The notes: generated from the letters alone by a model not told the origin. A stretch of DNA of 64,000 bases from Eledone cirrhosa (GCA_964016885.1 OZ024741.1:345774001-345838000), one strand, 5' to 3'. Shown: positions 39,038 through 55,794, counted from the first letter of the stretch. Numbers and translations are program-made.

Positions 39038-40778
39038 ATAGGCACAATGACAGTAATTTGGGGGGAGGGAAAAAGTCGATTAAGTCGACCCTAGTTCGTT
39101 ACTGGTCTTTTATTTTATCGACCCCGTAAGGATGAAAGGCAAAGTAAACCTCGGCGGGATTTGAACTCAGATAATAAAGGGCCGTAACTCTATGCTGCAA
39201 AGCATGGCGTCTGACACTCTACCGATGCTGCCAATCCACCGCCCTAACAGAGAGAACGAAAAATGAAAGTCATAATATTAATAACCTCAGGTTACGTAAA
39301 AAGCATCTCTATTTAGCCAAACTGAAAGGTAAGATATAAAGACCACAAAGGGAGCGTAAAGGTGGATTGACTGTATTGGTAGAGCGTCAGACACAATGCT
39401 TTGCAGCATAGAGTTATGGCTGTTTACGTCCTGAGTTCAAATCCCGTCGAGTTTAACTTTGCCTTTCATCTTTACGGGGTCGATTAAATAAAGCACCAGT
39501 AATGCACTGGGGTAATTGCTGGCTTTATGCCAAAAATAGAAACAATTCAATATCCTAGAAAATATGTACTAAATCTCATAAATGAAAAAAACATTATAAC
39601 CACTCTTCGGGTGGTTTTCTGTTAGCATGTGTAGTGTGCATATTGATATTATATGCAAATATATATGCATTTAGTTATGATACGTCAAAATCGTAATTGA
39701 GAATATGCACAGAAATTGAAGAGAGACTGTGTTTCACTCTCTTCAGCAACCAGTAAAGTAATCCATGATACATAAAAAAAAAACGATATTATATATAAAC
39801 TGCATTAGGAGAAAATTAACGAAGGAAATATAAACCTTATATACCGATGCGAATATATGCACGTTTATATAAGCGATGTAATAAGTGTTATAATATAACG
39901 GACGCCAACCGGAAGTGTTGACATTTGAAAATTTGAAAGAAATGAATCTTGAAATAAGCAATAAAATGATTTATATTTAATCAAGATTTACGAAATTTCG
40001 TACATAAATTATGTAATATTCATTTCATTATTTATTTAAAGTAATCCAACTTATTTTACAAACGGGATCAAATCCCGCCGAGGTTAACTTTGCCTTTCAT
40101 CCTTACGGGGTCGATGAAATAAAGTACCAGTAATACACTGAGTAATTGCTGGCCTTGTGCCTAACGTAGAAACAATTATTTTTAAATCCCGCCGAGGTTA
40201 ACTTTGCCTTTCATCCTTACGGGGTCGATAAAATAAAGTACCAGTAATACACTGAGTAATTGCTGGCCTTGTGCCTAACGTAGAAACAATTATTATATTA
40301 TGATTACAAGATTGTTAGGATGGAATAATACCAGTGCAGTATTTATCTGATTTAAGAAATATATCGATACAGATGAACATACATTCACTAAGCTCAACAA
40401 TGTCGAATGCTACGTGCCGATATCGAAGCCTCTCTCCACCAAATCATTAAAATCTTAAAGTTCTCCGATCTCCACTTTGTTATGTTTAATAATTGTTTCT
40501 ACTTTTGGCACAAGGCCAGCAATTATCCAGTACATTACTGGTATTTTATTTTATCGACCCCGTAAGGATGAAAGGCAAAGTTAACATCTGCGGGATTTGA
40601 ACTGTGCTGCAAAGGGACATAACTCTGTGCTGCAAAGCATGTTGTCCGACTCTCTACCGATACTGCCAATCCGTTATGTTTAATAATTGTTTCTACTTTT
40701 GACACAAGGCCAGCAATTATCTCAGTATATTACTGGTGCTTTATTTCATCGACCCCGTAAGGATGAAAGGCAAAGTTA
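39038..40778. mobile_element. Cluster of SINE family A copies (39038-39244 -, 39361-39547 +, 40068-40292 + two halves, 40490-40672 -, 40684-40778 -)
   Basis: Family consensus matches. Confidence 0.85.
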
Positions 40779-41469
40779 TGTGAAAATACCAATATTACAT
40801 CAATACATACACACATATATACATTTATATACACACAAACATCGGCAAGGAGATTTTACATAATAGGATTTTATTCAACACGCTGATATGTATATGTATA
40901 TGTGCGTCAGTGTCTGTATGCGCATATGCATACATTCATATGTATGAGTATATAAATATAAACGCGCAAACACAGACGCACTTACAAAAATACACACTCA
41001 GAGACATACATTCACACATACATTCACACAAACACACACATACACACACTCACACACAGTGTAGCAAACGTAACGTCAGCCACTGTTTTGGTACAGTTTT
41101 TTCACCATGCTCTTCCTTCCTTGTACATACACATAGATTCACACAAACACACGTACATTGTGTGAAGGAAGGACGGACGGAAGTCGCACAAATTTATGCA
41201 TAGATGACGTGACTGAGATGTTAAGCGAAAACAGCATCAATCCGTTTAAATTTTGTATCTTAACTTTTCCGAGCATGCGTTACATTGTGTCTATCACTTA
41301 TTAACAGTAGTATGCTAATGTTACCATCAGACAACTGTTAGAAACGGTAGATAACTGCTAGAAAGGGTAGAGAAGAAAGCTGCGAAAGCTGAACTCCTTA
41401 TTACTAATATAAACACATAATTTATGCATTTAAATCACACAGACCTAGTGAGAATAAACTCAAAATCTA

Positions 41470-41850
41470 GACATAAACTAAAAGCTGTTGAAGATTTCAA
41501 ATACCTTGGAGTTTGGGTAGCCAGGTAAGAAACATTATCAATAAAAGAAAGGTGGTGTCATAAAAGTACATCACACATTATCAACAATACATTCGAAGAA
41601 GAGTTCTAAGGTCAGACTCATTGTAGTAGAGGTTGAAACTGTTTTGTTGCATGGCCGTTTAAATAAACCACATGGACAATCACACAAAAATTAGCTAGAT
41701 ACAATGTAATACAGCATGCTATAGAGGGTTTTTAACATCATTCGGCAATCAAAATGCAGAAATGGAAGACGGGCTACCAAGTGACGGTTGCAATTACCGA
41801 TTCGCCGTGTGAGACATCAAGAAAGAACAGTTTCAGATCTAGCGTTTTGT
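41470..41850 (+). pseudogene. Highly decayed RTE-clade RT C-terminal relic
   Basis: KAVEDFKYLGVWV, KVRLIVVEVETVLLHG. Confidence 0.55.
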
Positions 41851-42081
41851 AGCAAAAACGGGGTGGATTAGGTGTGAGGTCACATTATAAAAGTGTGGTG
41901 GCAGAATGCGTCATCTGATATGAGTTTTTTTCAGAGTAGTTCGATTGGATTTTGCTGAGAAAAATACAGAGATGTACACACACTCAAATCACCATACCTA
42001 AATACACAGACACACAAACACGCACATATTTATATACACGTATGTTATACACATGCACATACATAAATATAACCTCTCCCC

Positions 42082-42130
<49 letters not shown>

Positions 42131-42326
42131 ATACGCATACGTATAGATATATATTTATACATATGTGTAGGTGTATGTGTGAGTGTGGCTGTATGAATGC
42201 TTATATTCACATTATGGAAATCAACTTAACACATTAAGTAACAAGAAACAGAATCCTAAACCTGTCGTTAGCGCATTACACATAACTTCCAAGATACTAG
42301 ATTCTGTTTGATTTCCTAACACACAA

Positions 42327-42391
<65 letters not shown>

Positions 42392-42646
42392 ACATACACA
42401 CACACATTCACACATACACACATATATATAGAGAGAGTTATAGATAGACACACATCGAAAAACAGATGGACACACACCCACATATTTATGTATACGACGA
42501 TTTGCTATCCGTCCTTCAAACACAGACAGGTAAAACACACATGCATACACACACATATATATTAGTATATAATCACACATACATATACTCACACATATAT
42601 ATATCACAGCCAGTATATATATATAGAGATGAACACGATATTTATG

Positions 42647-42704
<58 letters not shown>

Positions 42705-42745
42705 AAAGAACACAAGAGCGTCTACAACATCAAAAGATTTTTATT

Positions 42746-42792
42746 GGCTTACAATGTTTCTTCCTTACGTAACCGTAGGATTCGTCAGAGCT
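42746..42792 (-). ncRNA. Minimal HHR in a short (TA)n-flanked element
   Basis: GCU-CUGACGA-AUCCUACG(GUUA)CGUAAGGAA-GAAA-CAUUGUA-AGC, then AATAAA. Confidence 0.7.
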
Positions 42793-42949
42793 ATAAAAGG
42801 GGTTTGATTGGTGTTATGGACTCTACCAACCAAACATTCAAGAACAAATATATACAGCTCTGCTCCAAAGCATAGAGCTAATTATTATGCTGCCAATACC
42901 TTAATGGGACACGGGTATACAATACCTAACTCCTATTAAGCTAAGTATT

Positions 42950-43050
<101 letters not shown>

Positions 43051-43177
43051 TTCTTAATGTAAATATTGTTGCAATTCAACTCAAGCACTCAACGTACTTA
43101 TTCCACATAGGAGTGACGGAATAAATATCGAATAAGGAAAAGCGAAGTAGTTTCAGATGTTCAAGTCCATAAAAAAT

Positions 43178-43352
43178 AATTGTTTCTACTTTAGGCACAA
43201 GGCCAGCAATTACCCAGTGCATAACTGGTACTTTATTTTATCGACCCCGTAAGGATGAAAGGCAAAGTCAACCTCGGCGGGATTTGAACTCAGATCGTAA
43301 AGGGACGTAAATATGCTGGAAAGCATGGCGTCCGACCCTCTACCGATACTGC
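43178..43352 (-). mobile_element. tRNA-derived SINE, family A
   Basis: Nearly identical to 53879-54062. Confidence 0.85.
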
Positions 43353-43806
43353 TAAATAATGCTGTGATATATATTTCAATGGCAACAGTGGCCACACTGT
43401 TCCGTGCGCCAGTGTCGGTGCGACAGCTTGTTAAATAATAAGGTTATGTTTCCGAGGCAATCCAAATTAAATCGACATGGGAACGGACGAAGTGTGTGCT
43501 CTCGGGTCCTTCGTCAGTTCCCTTGTGAGTACCATTTCACCCCACCGGTCTGAGCAGGCGCAGGTCCGAAGGAAGTTGACCATTAGCTACCGCAGAGTTC
43601 AACGAAATTCGCCTAGCCAGTTCCTCCCTCTCAACCAAACAATGACCTATTCAGGCCTGTAATATATAGCTTACTCCTAGCCACCTCGTCAGTGGCACTA
43701 AGCCGAAAGCCAGTGGGGCTGGGAGAGTGTGAGTATCAATAGGTCTCAATATATATATATATATATATAGGTATATATATAGGTATATATACACACACGC
43801 ACACAC

Positions 43807-43837
<31 letters not shown>

Positions 43838-43907
43838 GGTGTATATATATATGTATATATATATATATATAGAGGTATATATATATACCTCTCTCTCTCT
43901 CTTCTCC

Positions 43908-43939
<32 letters not shown>

Positions 43940-43942
<3 letters not shown>

Positions 43943-44860
43943 AGCTTTGGGTATAATGATCGAACAAGGAATATCACGTTATCAACAGGTATTTCGCTCT
44001 GTACCAAATAAGTGAATGACACGGTGGTAAGTTAAACCACGTGTGGAAATCACAACGGGAATAACCCCAGATTTTGGCAAAGTAATTCAGTAAGTGTAAA
44101 TCATGCAAAAAATAGCATAAATAGCATAAATCGAATAAGTTCTCAACCGAGTGGTTTTAAAATAAACTTATACAATTAACCTGTCAATAGAAATTATTAA
44201 CAAGTTAATTGTAAGACACGGGAGACTAATACAAATAAAGATTCAGCGAGAATCGCATTTTCGGCGGGCAGGAAAAGCGAAGCGAAACGCAAAAATCAGA
44301 AATGATACTGGCAAAGTGCTCAATAGTTAAAAACCAGAGCTAAACAATGTGTTAAGAAGCCATAGAAAACTGAAAAGGTGGTCAAGAAGGCATTAACAAC
44401 CCAAGCCAAAAACCAAATCAAGCTAAACAGGTCAAAACAAAATAAATGATAAAAAATAAATGATAACCAGACCTGGACTCCCGGAATTGCTGTTAAAATC
44501 CAATGTAGAGTTTCTGTGACACCTAAATCAAAATACAGTCTGCTTAAAAATATAAGCTTTGGGTATAATGATCGAACAAGGAATATCACGTTATCAACAG
44601 GTATTTCGCTCTGTACCAAATAAGTGAATGACACGGTGGTAAGGTAAACCACGTGTGGAAATCACAAGGGCAATAAACCCAGATTTTGGCAAAGTAATTC
44701 AGTAAGTGTAAATCATGCAAAACATAGCATAAATAGCACAAATCGAATCAGTTCTCAACCGAGTGGTTTTAAAATAAACTTATACACTTAACCTGTCAAT
44801 AGAAATTATTAACAAGTTAATTGTAAGACACGGGAGAAATAAAGATTCAGCGAGAATCGC
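43940..44860 (-). mobile_element. 1.5-mer of ~610-bp repeat with U3-A8 HHR (44471-44602)
   Basis: Direct repeat offset 604-612 bp; ACCUG-UUGAUAA-CGUGAUAU...GUGUCACA-GAAA-CUC...GAG-UC-CAGGU; (TA)n flanks. Confidence 0.75.
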
Positions 44861-45239
44861 ATATATATATATATATATATATATAAATGTTGGTTGTATA
44901 CCAACACCTCAGTATGGAGATTGGAGCACTCGACAAAGTGCGCAGGTTGGTTTGGTTACTCCGGAGTAATGTAAAATAAAATAAAATAAATAAGTCAAAT
45001 GTTTAAAATTTGGCTTCGTTTATTTCTGGTATATATATTTTGGTGACAGCCATCTTTGGCTGTGACCTCTTCAGGCAGTCCGAATTAGTGTGGTAGAGAC
45101 GAGTACATATGTTGTTGAGGTGTTTAACTTTGCCAATACTCTGATATGCCCAGTTCCTGGTTGGGTTATACATATATATATATATATATATATGTATAAA
45201 CCAACTGGGCATATCAGGAACTGGGCATATCAGGAACTG

Positions 45240-45288
<49 letters not shown>

Positions 45289-45527
45289 ATATAAGAAATA
45301 TTTAGTGGTAGCGCGACTGTTTGAAGATGTGAGCTATGCCGAATAAATTGCAAGTAATAATTTACGAGGAAGTGTTTTAAACTGTCTGTTGTACATTGAA
45401 CATACTTTCAGAGTAAGTAAATTCAAGTTGGTTGGACAAGTTTTCTGATATATACATACATAAATAAATAGATGCATACACACATACATACATCATGCAC
45501 ACATACATATATGAATACATGCATATG

Positions 45528-45563
<36 letters not shown>

Positions 45564-46643
45564 GGCATACGTTAAGACGGGCGTTGCGAAAGTGAAAGTA
45601 AATTTTTTGACAACAATGTGAATTTTTTTTTTTCTTACAATGAAAGTTACGATACACACGCAATTGTATGGATTTCTTAATATATATGTGTGGGTGTGTA
45701 TATGTGTGTATATATATGTGTGTCTGTATGTATATATATATATGTGTGTTTGTATATATATATATGTGTTTGTGTCATCATCATCGTTTAACGTCTATCT
45801 AAAGAAAAAATAATCACACACGCAATACTAATTAACACCATAACACTATAGAGACCTGTTGTAAATAAACAAACAAATTCACAGTGTACACACATATATA
45901 CACACATATACACACCCACATATATATATATATTAAGAAATCCATACAATTGCGTGTGTATCGTAACTTTCATTGTAAAAAAAACAAACAAACAAATTCA
46001 CATTGTTGTCAAAAAATTTACATTCACCTTCCGCAACGCCCGTCTTAACGTATGCCATATATGTGTGGACCGCCTGTTGCACGCTTCTGGTTTAAATAAA
46101 CCACAGCGCTATACCGGCGCTTTATTTTATCGACTACAAAAGGATGAATTTTAGAGCCATTATCGCAGGGATTTGAACTCAGAATGTAAGTAGCTGGCCC
46201 AAATAAAAAAAAATAAAAATAAAAAACAAAAACAAAAAGAAAACATTTTATCCAAGGCTTTAATGGTTCTGCCAATCCTACGTTCTCATCATAATAATTG
46301 TTTCTACTTTTGGCACAAGGCCAGCAATTATTTCAGTGTATTACTGGTACTTTATTTTATCGACCCCATAAGGATGAAAGGCAAACCACCGCTCAACATA
46401 ATAATAATTCTCATCATAATAATAATTTCTGTTAATATTGGCACAGGAAATTTGGGACGGGAAATTTGATTATATTGGTACTTTATTTTATCGGCCCCGA
46501 GAGGATAAACACAAAGTTGATCTCAGTCGAATTTGAACACAGAACGTAAACTCAAATATTATTTTCCGATGATCTACCGATAAGGCCATTCTAAGTATTA
46601 TTATTCTCCCACAAACTTCTGAAAATGATCCTATTTCATGGTG

Positions 46644-46715
<72 letters not shown>

Positions 46716-46767
46716 TGTATATACATAAATACATTCATACATATATACTTTTATGTATATATATATA

Positions 46768-46855
<88 letters not shown>

Positions 46856-47199
46856 CACCATGAAATAGGATCATTTTCAGAAGTCGGTGACAGGATAATA
46901 ATACTTAGAGCTTCCAACAGTAATGGTTGCATTTTTTAAGGGTATGTCAATATTTATTTATAAAACTGATCTGTATTATATTTTGTCTAATGAAAGCACA
47001 CCATAATTTAACTTGGTGTCCTTGAAATATGTATAATGAAATAAATATGGTTTTATAAATATAGTTTCCATTTGTTAATATCGTATATATATATATATAT
47101 ATATATATACCTACATGTCCACGCACATTCACATAAACAATGATACACACACACACATATATATATATATAGAGAGAGATAGATAGATACAAATATAAT

Positions 47200-47770
47200 T
47201 TCAGCGAGATCGAATTTCAGCGAGATCGAATTTTGTCGAAAACAAAGCGAAACGCAATTTCCGAGTTATGCGGCAAGCGCTCCATGGACTAAAAAAAGAC
47301 GAGAGCAATAAACATAGGTTATAGAGACCAAACAAACTGAGAATGGCGTTCAAGAAGCCATCAACCACCTAAGCCAAAAAAACGAAGCAAGCTAAACAGG
47401 TCAAACAAAAGAAGAATTTACCTGGACCCACGGAATTGATGGTATAATCCAGTAAAGGGTTTCTGCGACACCTAAATCAATTATACTGCCTGCTTCCATA
47501 TTAAGCTTTTGGTATAATGATCGAACAAGGCTTCCACTTCGTCAACAGGTATTTTGTTCTCAGCCAGCGAGTGGGATCCCGGCAGTAGTAATGTGTAGTA
47601 GTGATAACTCCATGTGTATTACCCTGCTAGGGAGGTAACCCCAGTTTTTGGCGGATGAATTCAACATGTGTAAAATTAATGCAAGAATTGCAAAAACTGT
47701 ACAAATCGAATTAAGCTCTCGACCGGGTTGTTTTTAAAATAAACTTAAGCAATTAATCAGTCAATAGAAT
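47200..47770 (-). mobile_element. Diverged member of ~610-bp family, HHR 47419-47551
   Basis: UACCUG-UUGACGA...GAAA-CCC...GGG-UC-CAGGUA. Confidence 0.7.
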
Positions 47771-47889
47771 TATAGACAGACAAATAGACAGTTGTATAAT
47801 TGAAGGTTGAATGGAATGTGTTGCGTGTTCATGAGGACACCTAAGTTCATGAGGATACCTACATGTCCACGCACATTCACATAAACAAT

Positions 47890-47928
<39 letters not shown>

Positions 47929-48031
47929 CATATACGTATATATATTTACACATATATATATATAAACATTACACCTCCGCTCACACACATAGACATACAC
48001 ACAAAAACACGCACACTGACACACACACACA

Positions 48032-48098
<67 letters not shown>

Positions 48099-48112
48099 CT
48101 AATATATATATA

Positions 48113-48174
<62 letters not shown>

Positions 48175-48227
48175 CAGGAAAGAAGAGTGACACGGTTTGC
48201 TATACAAAAAAGGTTTTTAATCTCATT

Positions 48228-48333
48228 GCTGACAATTGTTTCTCTGAACTGGTAGGTCTAGAGATCGCTATCCGCTTATTTTCGCGTTACTCGATCGCCA
48301 ATACAAAATTATAACCAGTCAGTTCATCGGAGC
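48228..48333 (-). ncRNA. HHR-like motif with CCGAUGA core
   Basis: GCU-CCGAUGA-ACUGACUGGU...ACCAGUUCAGA-GAAA-CAAUUG-UC-AGC. Confidence 0.55.
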
Positions 48334-49259
48334 TTGCGAGAATGAAGAGAATATACAGGAATGAAAGGAATATACAGGCTACTATATGTAGTAGTAATAG
48401 CATTCAGTTAGAACAATAACAACAATATCAACAATGCGAGCAATAAAATGTTTGAAATAATCACATCAATCTAGGTGGGGGGTATAGTATATCTATGATT
48501 TTAGCGTGTAAAACTAGCTGACATGAATCAGATGTATAAAATTGACATGTAAAGACTGTCGTAGGGTGTATTATATCAAGTGTAAAGATAAGCCGGTGTT
48601 TTTAAAAAATGTAGGTCAGGTGGCCGTAATAGTTAGTTTTTATCTGACCGATGAAGTATTTATCACTGTAGTAGAATTTGTGTGGTCTATATTAGATGAG
48701 AGATCTGTCTATCTTTTCCATCCTCAATAACATACATGTATAGGACAACGCTAACAAAGCTAAATAATGGGCAAGTTAATACAGAGGTTAAGGAGGTAAT
48801 ATATATATACATATATATGTACACATATATATACACACACATGCACACAAACATATACATACACATCCACACACACTCATAATAAACACATACATACATA
48901 CAAAGAGAAAACATGCTGACTATAATTATAGCAAGAGGAAGGTAAAGTTCCATTGTAGTAGTATTTTGAAATGTTCTTGGATTTAGGATCAAGCGATGAC
49001 AGCAGCTGAGAAGAGATAAGTTTATGGGTTGATGAGGTACTTACAGACATTTGTGTGGTATAGAACTAAGAAGGCTAGAATGTACTTAATGAATATATTT
49101 CTGTAGTGGGTATCCTAGTTGAAAGCTATGTTACGTCGGTTCGATTCATGGAGGTTTAAATCTTATGAATTTAGTGGCAATTCTATGTCTGCAGAAGTTA
49201 GAACTTTCTAACTTGTTGTTAAGTAGCTTTTTTACATTTTTAAGGATATACATATATAT

Positions 49260-49355
<96 letters not shown>

Positions 49356-50460
49356 GTGACTTTTTTTTTACAAATTGAAAAATAACCGAGGTGTCCTACA
49401 CGAGTGAAAGTATAAGGAAAAAGAGATGAAATCGAAAATGCAACTGGAGTCTTATTTAAAAAAAACCATATATATTTATTTGGTTCCTTTACCGGTTTCG
49501 CAGTTCTTCTGCTATTCAAAAGGTGAGTTGAGATGGAGGGTCTGTGGTTTTTCTCACATCTGGTTGGTCTCTGAATGTTACTTGTTTTATATGGAAAAAG
49601 TGGCTCGAAATGCCAGGTTTTTCGAGAAGTAATTTGATTGGTTTGTCAATAATTATAATAAATTTCGCGCCAGTTCGCGTTACAATAGTTCTTCAAATAA
49701 GAGGAGGAGGGGGGGGGGGGGTTGTCACAGGTTGTTTTTTCATATATGAGTGTTTGAATTTCTTTTTACTTGAAAAAAGGGGCTCACGAAGGCTATTTTT
49801 TGGTTGGTTATAAATGAAATTATGGCTGTCACGTGAACAAGTTTTCATTCAATTTTCGTGCCCTTATTTGGAAATCCATTCTGTAGCCTTTTTAGAGAAT
49901 TTTATGATAAGTGAAAGATAATGGTCAAGAGAAAGGGATGGGAGAATTGTTCTGGTTCAGTGAATATGGTTAGTTCGCTGGGGTGTCAGAATTCAGATTT
50001 TCTATTGAATAAAGACAGTAAAGATATGTATGTTTATTTGTGTGCTGGTGTGTGTGTGCGTGTGTGTGTGTTGTGTGTGTGTGTGTTTGAATTTCTTTAC
50101 TTAAAAAAAAGGGTGGCTCGCGAAGGCTTTTTTTTAATAAACGTGATTTGATTGGTTATAAAGTAAAGAAATTGGTTATTAAGTAAAGAAATTCAAACAC
50201 ACACACAACACAGACACACACACAAGCACACAAATAAACATACATATCTTTACTGTCTTTATAACAGTTTTGCAAGAGATGTCAACATGAATGGACCTCT
50301 TATTTTATTCTAAAGACATTTCTTCCAATTCCAGCCCGCCCGTCCCCTTAATCTATTTTATTTCTCATTCTTTCTTCTTATGAAGGTGGCGTTGTATGGT
50401 ATAGTGACTGTTCTAAAATGTTTTTCATAGATATAAACACACACGCACACACGCACACAC

Positions 50461-50600
<140 letters not shown>

Positions 50601-50726
50601 GAATGTATATACAGTGTATTTTACAATACACTGTATGCTTAATTAAAAGCATTTTGAAGACCTTACGCTATTGTTTTAAAGTAGTGACTATGTCACTTAC
50701 TTCTTTTTTCAGCAAACAAAGGGAGA

Positions 50727-50774
50727 TAAGCTGACAGATCTCTGTTTCGTACTGTTGGTACTCCTCAGAGCTTA
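50727..50774 (-). ncRNA. Canonical-core type-I HHR in an element distantly related to the 310-bp unit
   Basis: UAAGCU-CUGAGGA-GUAC(CAACA)GUAC-GAAA-CAGA(GA)UCUG-UC-AGCUUA; nearby cattttgaagacct shared with the array. Confidence 0.85.
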
Positions 50775-50810
50775 GCACTCCCCTTACCTGCTGAAAATTA
50801 TGAATGTTGG

Positions 50811-52545
<1,735 letters not shown>

Positions 52546-52649
52546 TATAATACACTATATATATATATATCGCTATATATTCATATATATATATCGCTAT
52601 TTCAGAGCACCAATTCTAATTTTCAATTTTTGCTGGATATATAAATATA

Positions 52650-53460
52650 AATTTAGCAAGAATCGCATTTCGGCGGGTAGAAATTAACCAAACGCAACTT
52701 CCGTATTGTGCAGACAAGCGCTCCATGGATATGAAGATACCAGAGCTATAAACATAAGTTAAAATGGTCATACACACTGAGACGATGGTTAAGAAGCCAT
52801 TAACCACCTTAGCCAAAAAAGTGAACAAGCTAAACGGGTCAAACAAAATAAGATATGATTGAAATAGTTACCCGGACCTTCGGGGAAGATGGAATACTCC
52901 GAAATTGGGTTTCTGCAACACCTAAATCAATAATACTGTCTGCTTATAAAAAATAAGCTTTTGGTATAATGATCGAACAAGGCATCGCTTTCTAAACAGG
53001 TTTTTGTTCTTCGTGCGCCAGAATCTCACAGGTTATGAAAGCACATGTGAGGTTTTAAGGGGAGAAAACCTCTATTTTGGCCAGTGAATTCAGCATGTGT
53101 AGTTATTGCAAAAATTTGCAAAAATCGCACAAAACGAATTAAGCTCTCGACCGAGTTGTTTTTAAAATAAACTTAAGCGATTAATCAGTCAATAGAATTA
53201 ACTAAGAAGCCAAAAAAAAAAAAAAAAAAAATTAACTGGTTAATCGCTTGACTTGGGAGATTAATACAAATATAAATTTAGCGAGAATCGCATTTCGGCG
53301 GGTAGAAATTAGCGAAACACAACTTCCGTATTGTGCTGACAAACGCTCCATGGATATGAAGATACCAGAGCTATAAACATAAGTTTATAGATGGTTAAGA
53401 AGCCATTAGCCACCTTAGCCAAATAAGCGAACAAACTAAACGGGTCAAACGGGTCAAGCT
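52650..53460 (-). mobile_element. 1.3-mer of ~625-bp variant of the ~610-bp family, decayed HHR 52870-53001
   Basis: Direct repeat 52652/53277; ACCUG-UUUAGAA-AGCGAUGCCU...AGGUGUUGCA-GAAA-CC...GG-UC-CGGGU. Confidence 0.7.
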
Positions 53461-53878
53461 AAACGGAAATTCCTTACTTTGTTCGTGGTCATATTTAGGT
53501 TTTGCAAAGGATTAAAGTAGGAAACCTTCCTCTACTTAGCACAACACTACTCTACGTTGGTTGGGGTTTATACATATAAAGTAATTTCTACTAAAGCCAC
53601 CCCGAGATAGAAACCTTCACCTCAGTAAAACGAAATATCGTTGTTAGTAATTCAAGTTTCTGGGGCACGGATTTATGGACTTTGCCTTACCCGAAAATTC
53701 GGTTGTTCTAAATAAAAGTTTACTCGTGGAATATTTTCAAAAATGTCAGTCTCCCGAATGTCAGAATACATATAGATATAGAAGCCTACTTTGTAGCCAA
53801 CTCCGAAACAGCTTCAGTCTCACATATCAATCACCCTTCAAAACAACTGTAAATAAATACCTTATGTTGACGACACAT

Positions 53879-54062
53879 AATTGTTTCTACTTTAGGCACA
53901 AGGCCAGCAATTACCCAGTGCATTACTGGTACTTTATTTTATCGACCCCGTAAGGATGAAAGGCAAAGTCAACCTCGGCGGGATTTGAACTCAGATCGTA
54001 AAGGGACGTAACTATGCTGGAAAGCATGGCGTCCGACCCTCTACCGATACTGCCAATCCACC
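53879..54062 (-). mobile_element. SINE family A with 18-bp target-site duplication
   Basis: atgttgacgacacataat at 53864-53881 and 54064-54081. Confidence 0.9.
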
Positions 54063-54825
54063 AATGTTGACGACACATAATGTTAAGGGAACAAACGTTT
54101 TGCATGCTGCAACAATTCCACGTAAGTAACCAGGCTTAGCCAATGAGATACGGATTCACTAGCCATATATCATGTGTATGTGACTGGTGAAACCAGGTCT
54201 ACACAACAAATGGATGAATTCAATATTTATCCCAAGGAGTTTCCATTATTGACCAAGAACCAAGGATTTTCTAGTTTCGCAATTCCTTATGAGTTCTGAT
54301 TTACTTCTGTCATTAATAGAGTAATCGCCAGCTACTTTACAACCAGAAGAACATTTCATATTTTTGAAAGTAGGGGAGAAATATATGCATGCATGAACAG
54401 TTCCGTAACTCCAGGGGGAGTCATAGGGGTTCCGAATTGACACACAGCCATTCTAAAGTATCTTAAAACCTGGGGTAGCCCCTTTCTTTCCAGATAAATA
54501 TAGAGAGTGAGAGAATGGAAATGAGAAAGTAATAGAGAGAAAACCGACCCCAGTACTAGACTAATACATTTTTTTTATCGATCTCGAATGGATGAAAGGC
54601 CAAGTTGACCTCGGTGAGATCTGAACTTTGAGAGAGCAGAGAGCCGAAATCAACAACGCAAAGCCATTTATCTGATGTTCTAACGGATCTGCCTATGTAG
54701 GAGTAACTATTTAGTGGTAACTCTCAAGTAAAACGTGCATGTTATAATCCAATTAAATATTTATTTGTTTTATTCTATGCATCAAACAACCATATTTCTC
54801 CCATTATCGTTATCACACTTCTAAG

Positions 54826-55043
54826 GGCAGCGGATTGGTAGTATCGGTAAGGCGTCGGACAACATACTTTACAGCATAGAGTTACGGCCCTTTATGATCT
54901 GAGTTAAAATTCCGCCGAGGTTAATTTTGCCTTTCATCCTTACGGGGTCGATAAAATAAAGTACCAGTCACGCACTAGGGGTCGATTTAATCGACTTTTG
55001 CCTCCCCTAAATTGTTGGCCTTGTGCCTATATAAGAAACTATT
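54826..55043 (+). mobile_element. tRNA-derived SINE, family A
   Basis: Family consensus match; further copies at 55502-55672 -, 58516-58690 +, 59728-59862 -, 46295-46385 -. Confidence 0.85.
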
Positions 55044-55693
55044 GTTATCACTCTTCAAAGTAAAGCATTGAGTGGAGTTTCAAATTTTTTCAAAATCAAG
55101 TTTTATATATTTTTAGTTTTTTTCGTTTCATAATTGTAGGTGCACATATATATAAACTTATAACTCGTCAGTACAGCTCATGGACCACACACACGCGCAC
55201 ACACACACACACATACACACATATATATGCTGACTGAATTTCGGACAATCAACATCACATGCCCTATATTCTGTATATTACACATTTTAAACTCCAGTCT
55301 GATAATGTCATGTTAGATTTACGTAATATTCGCCTAACGCCTCTGAAATATATAACGAACATTTAATAAACTGAAGAATGGAACCGTAGAACCATCTCTT
55401 CATATTTACTAACACACACACACACACACACATTTATATATAATATATATAATATACAAAATATAATATAATATAATATAATATAATATAATATAATATA
55501 TAATTGTTTCTACTTTTGGCACAAGGCCAGCAAATACCCAGTGCATTACTGGTACTTCATTTCATCGACCCCGTAAGGATGAAAGGCAAAGTTAACCTCG
55601 GCGGGATTTGAACTCAGAATGGCAAGGGCCGTAATTCAAAGCATGGCGCCCGACCCTCTACCGGTACTGCCAATAATATAATATATCTATAAC

Positions 55694-55725
<32 letters not shown>

Positions 55726-55726
55726 T

Positions 55727-55794
<68 letters not shown>

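Noticed and set aside
39590-39760. Possible HHR in the 845/39590 repeat family (GAAA-ACCAC...GUGGU-UA on minus)
   Set aside because: Stem II closure and core are not consistent between the two copies; left unassigned.
44320-44652. Hydrophobic 110-aa ORF in the ~610-bp family (similar ORF at 52616-52846)
   Set aside because: Frames are not conserved among copies; T-rich composition explains the hydrophobicity and the conservation follows RNA stems.
48550-49220. Possible PLE coding relic upstream of the 48228 HHR
   Set aside because: Too decayed to read convincing motifs.
55360-55400. CUGAAGA/CUGAUGA heptamers at 55371, 2555, 19125, 26292, 36714 and ~55845 minus
   Set aside because: No properly placed GAAA, stem III and stem I; not counted as HHRs.
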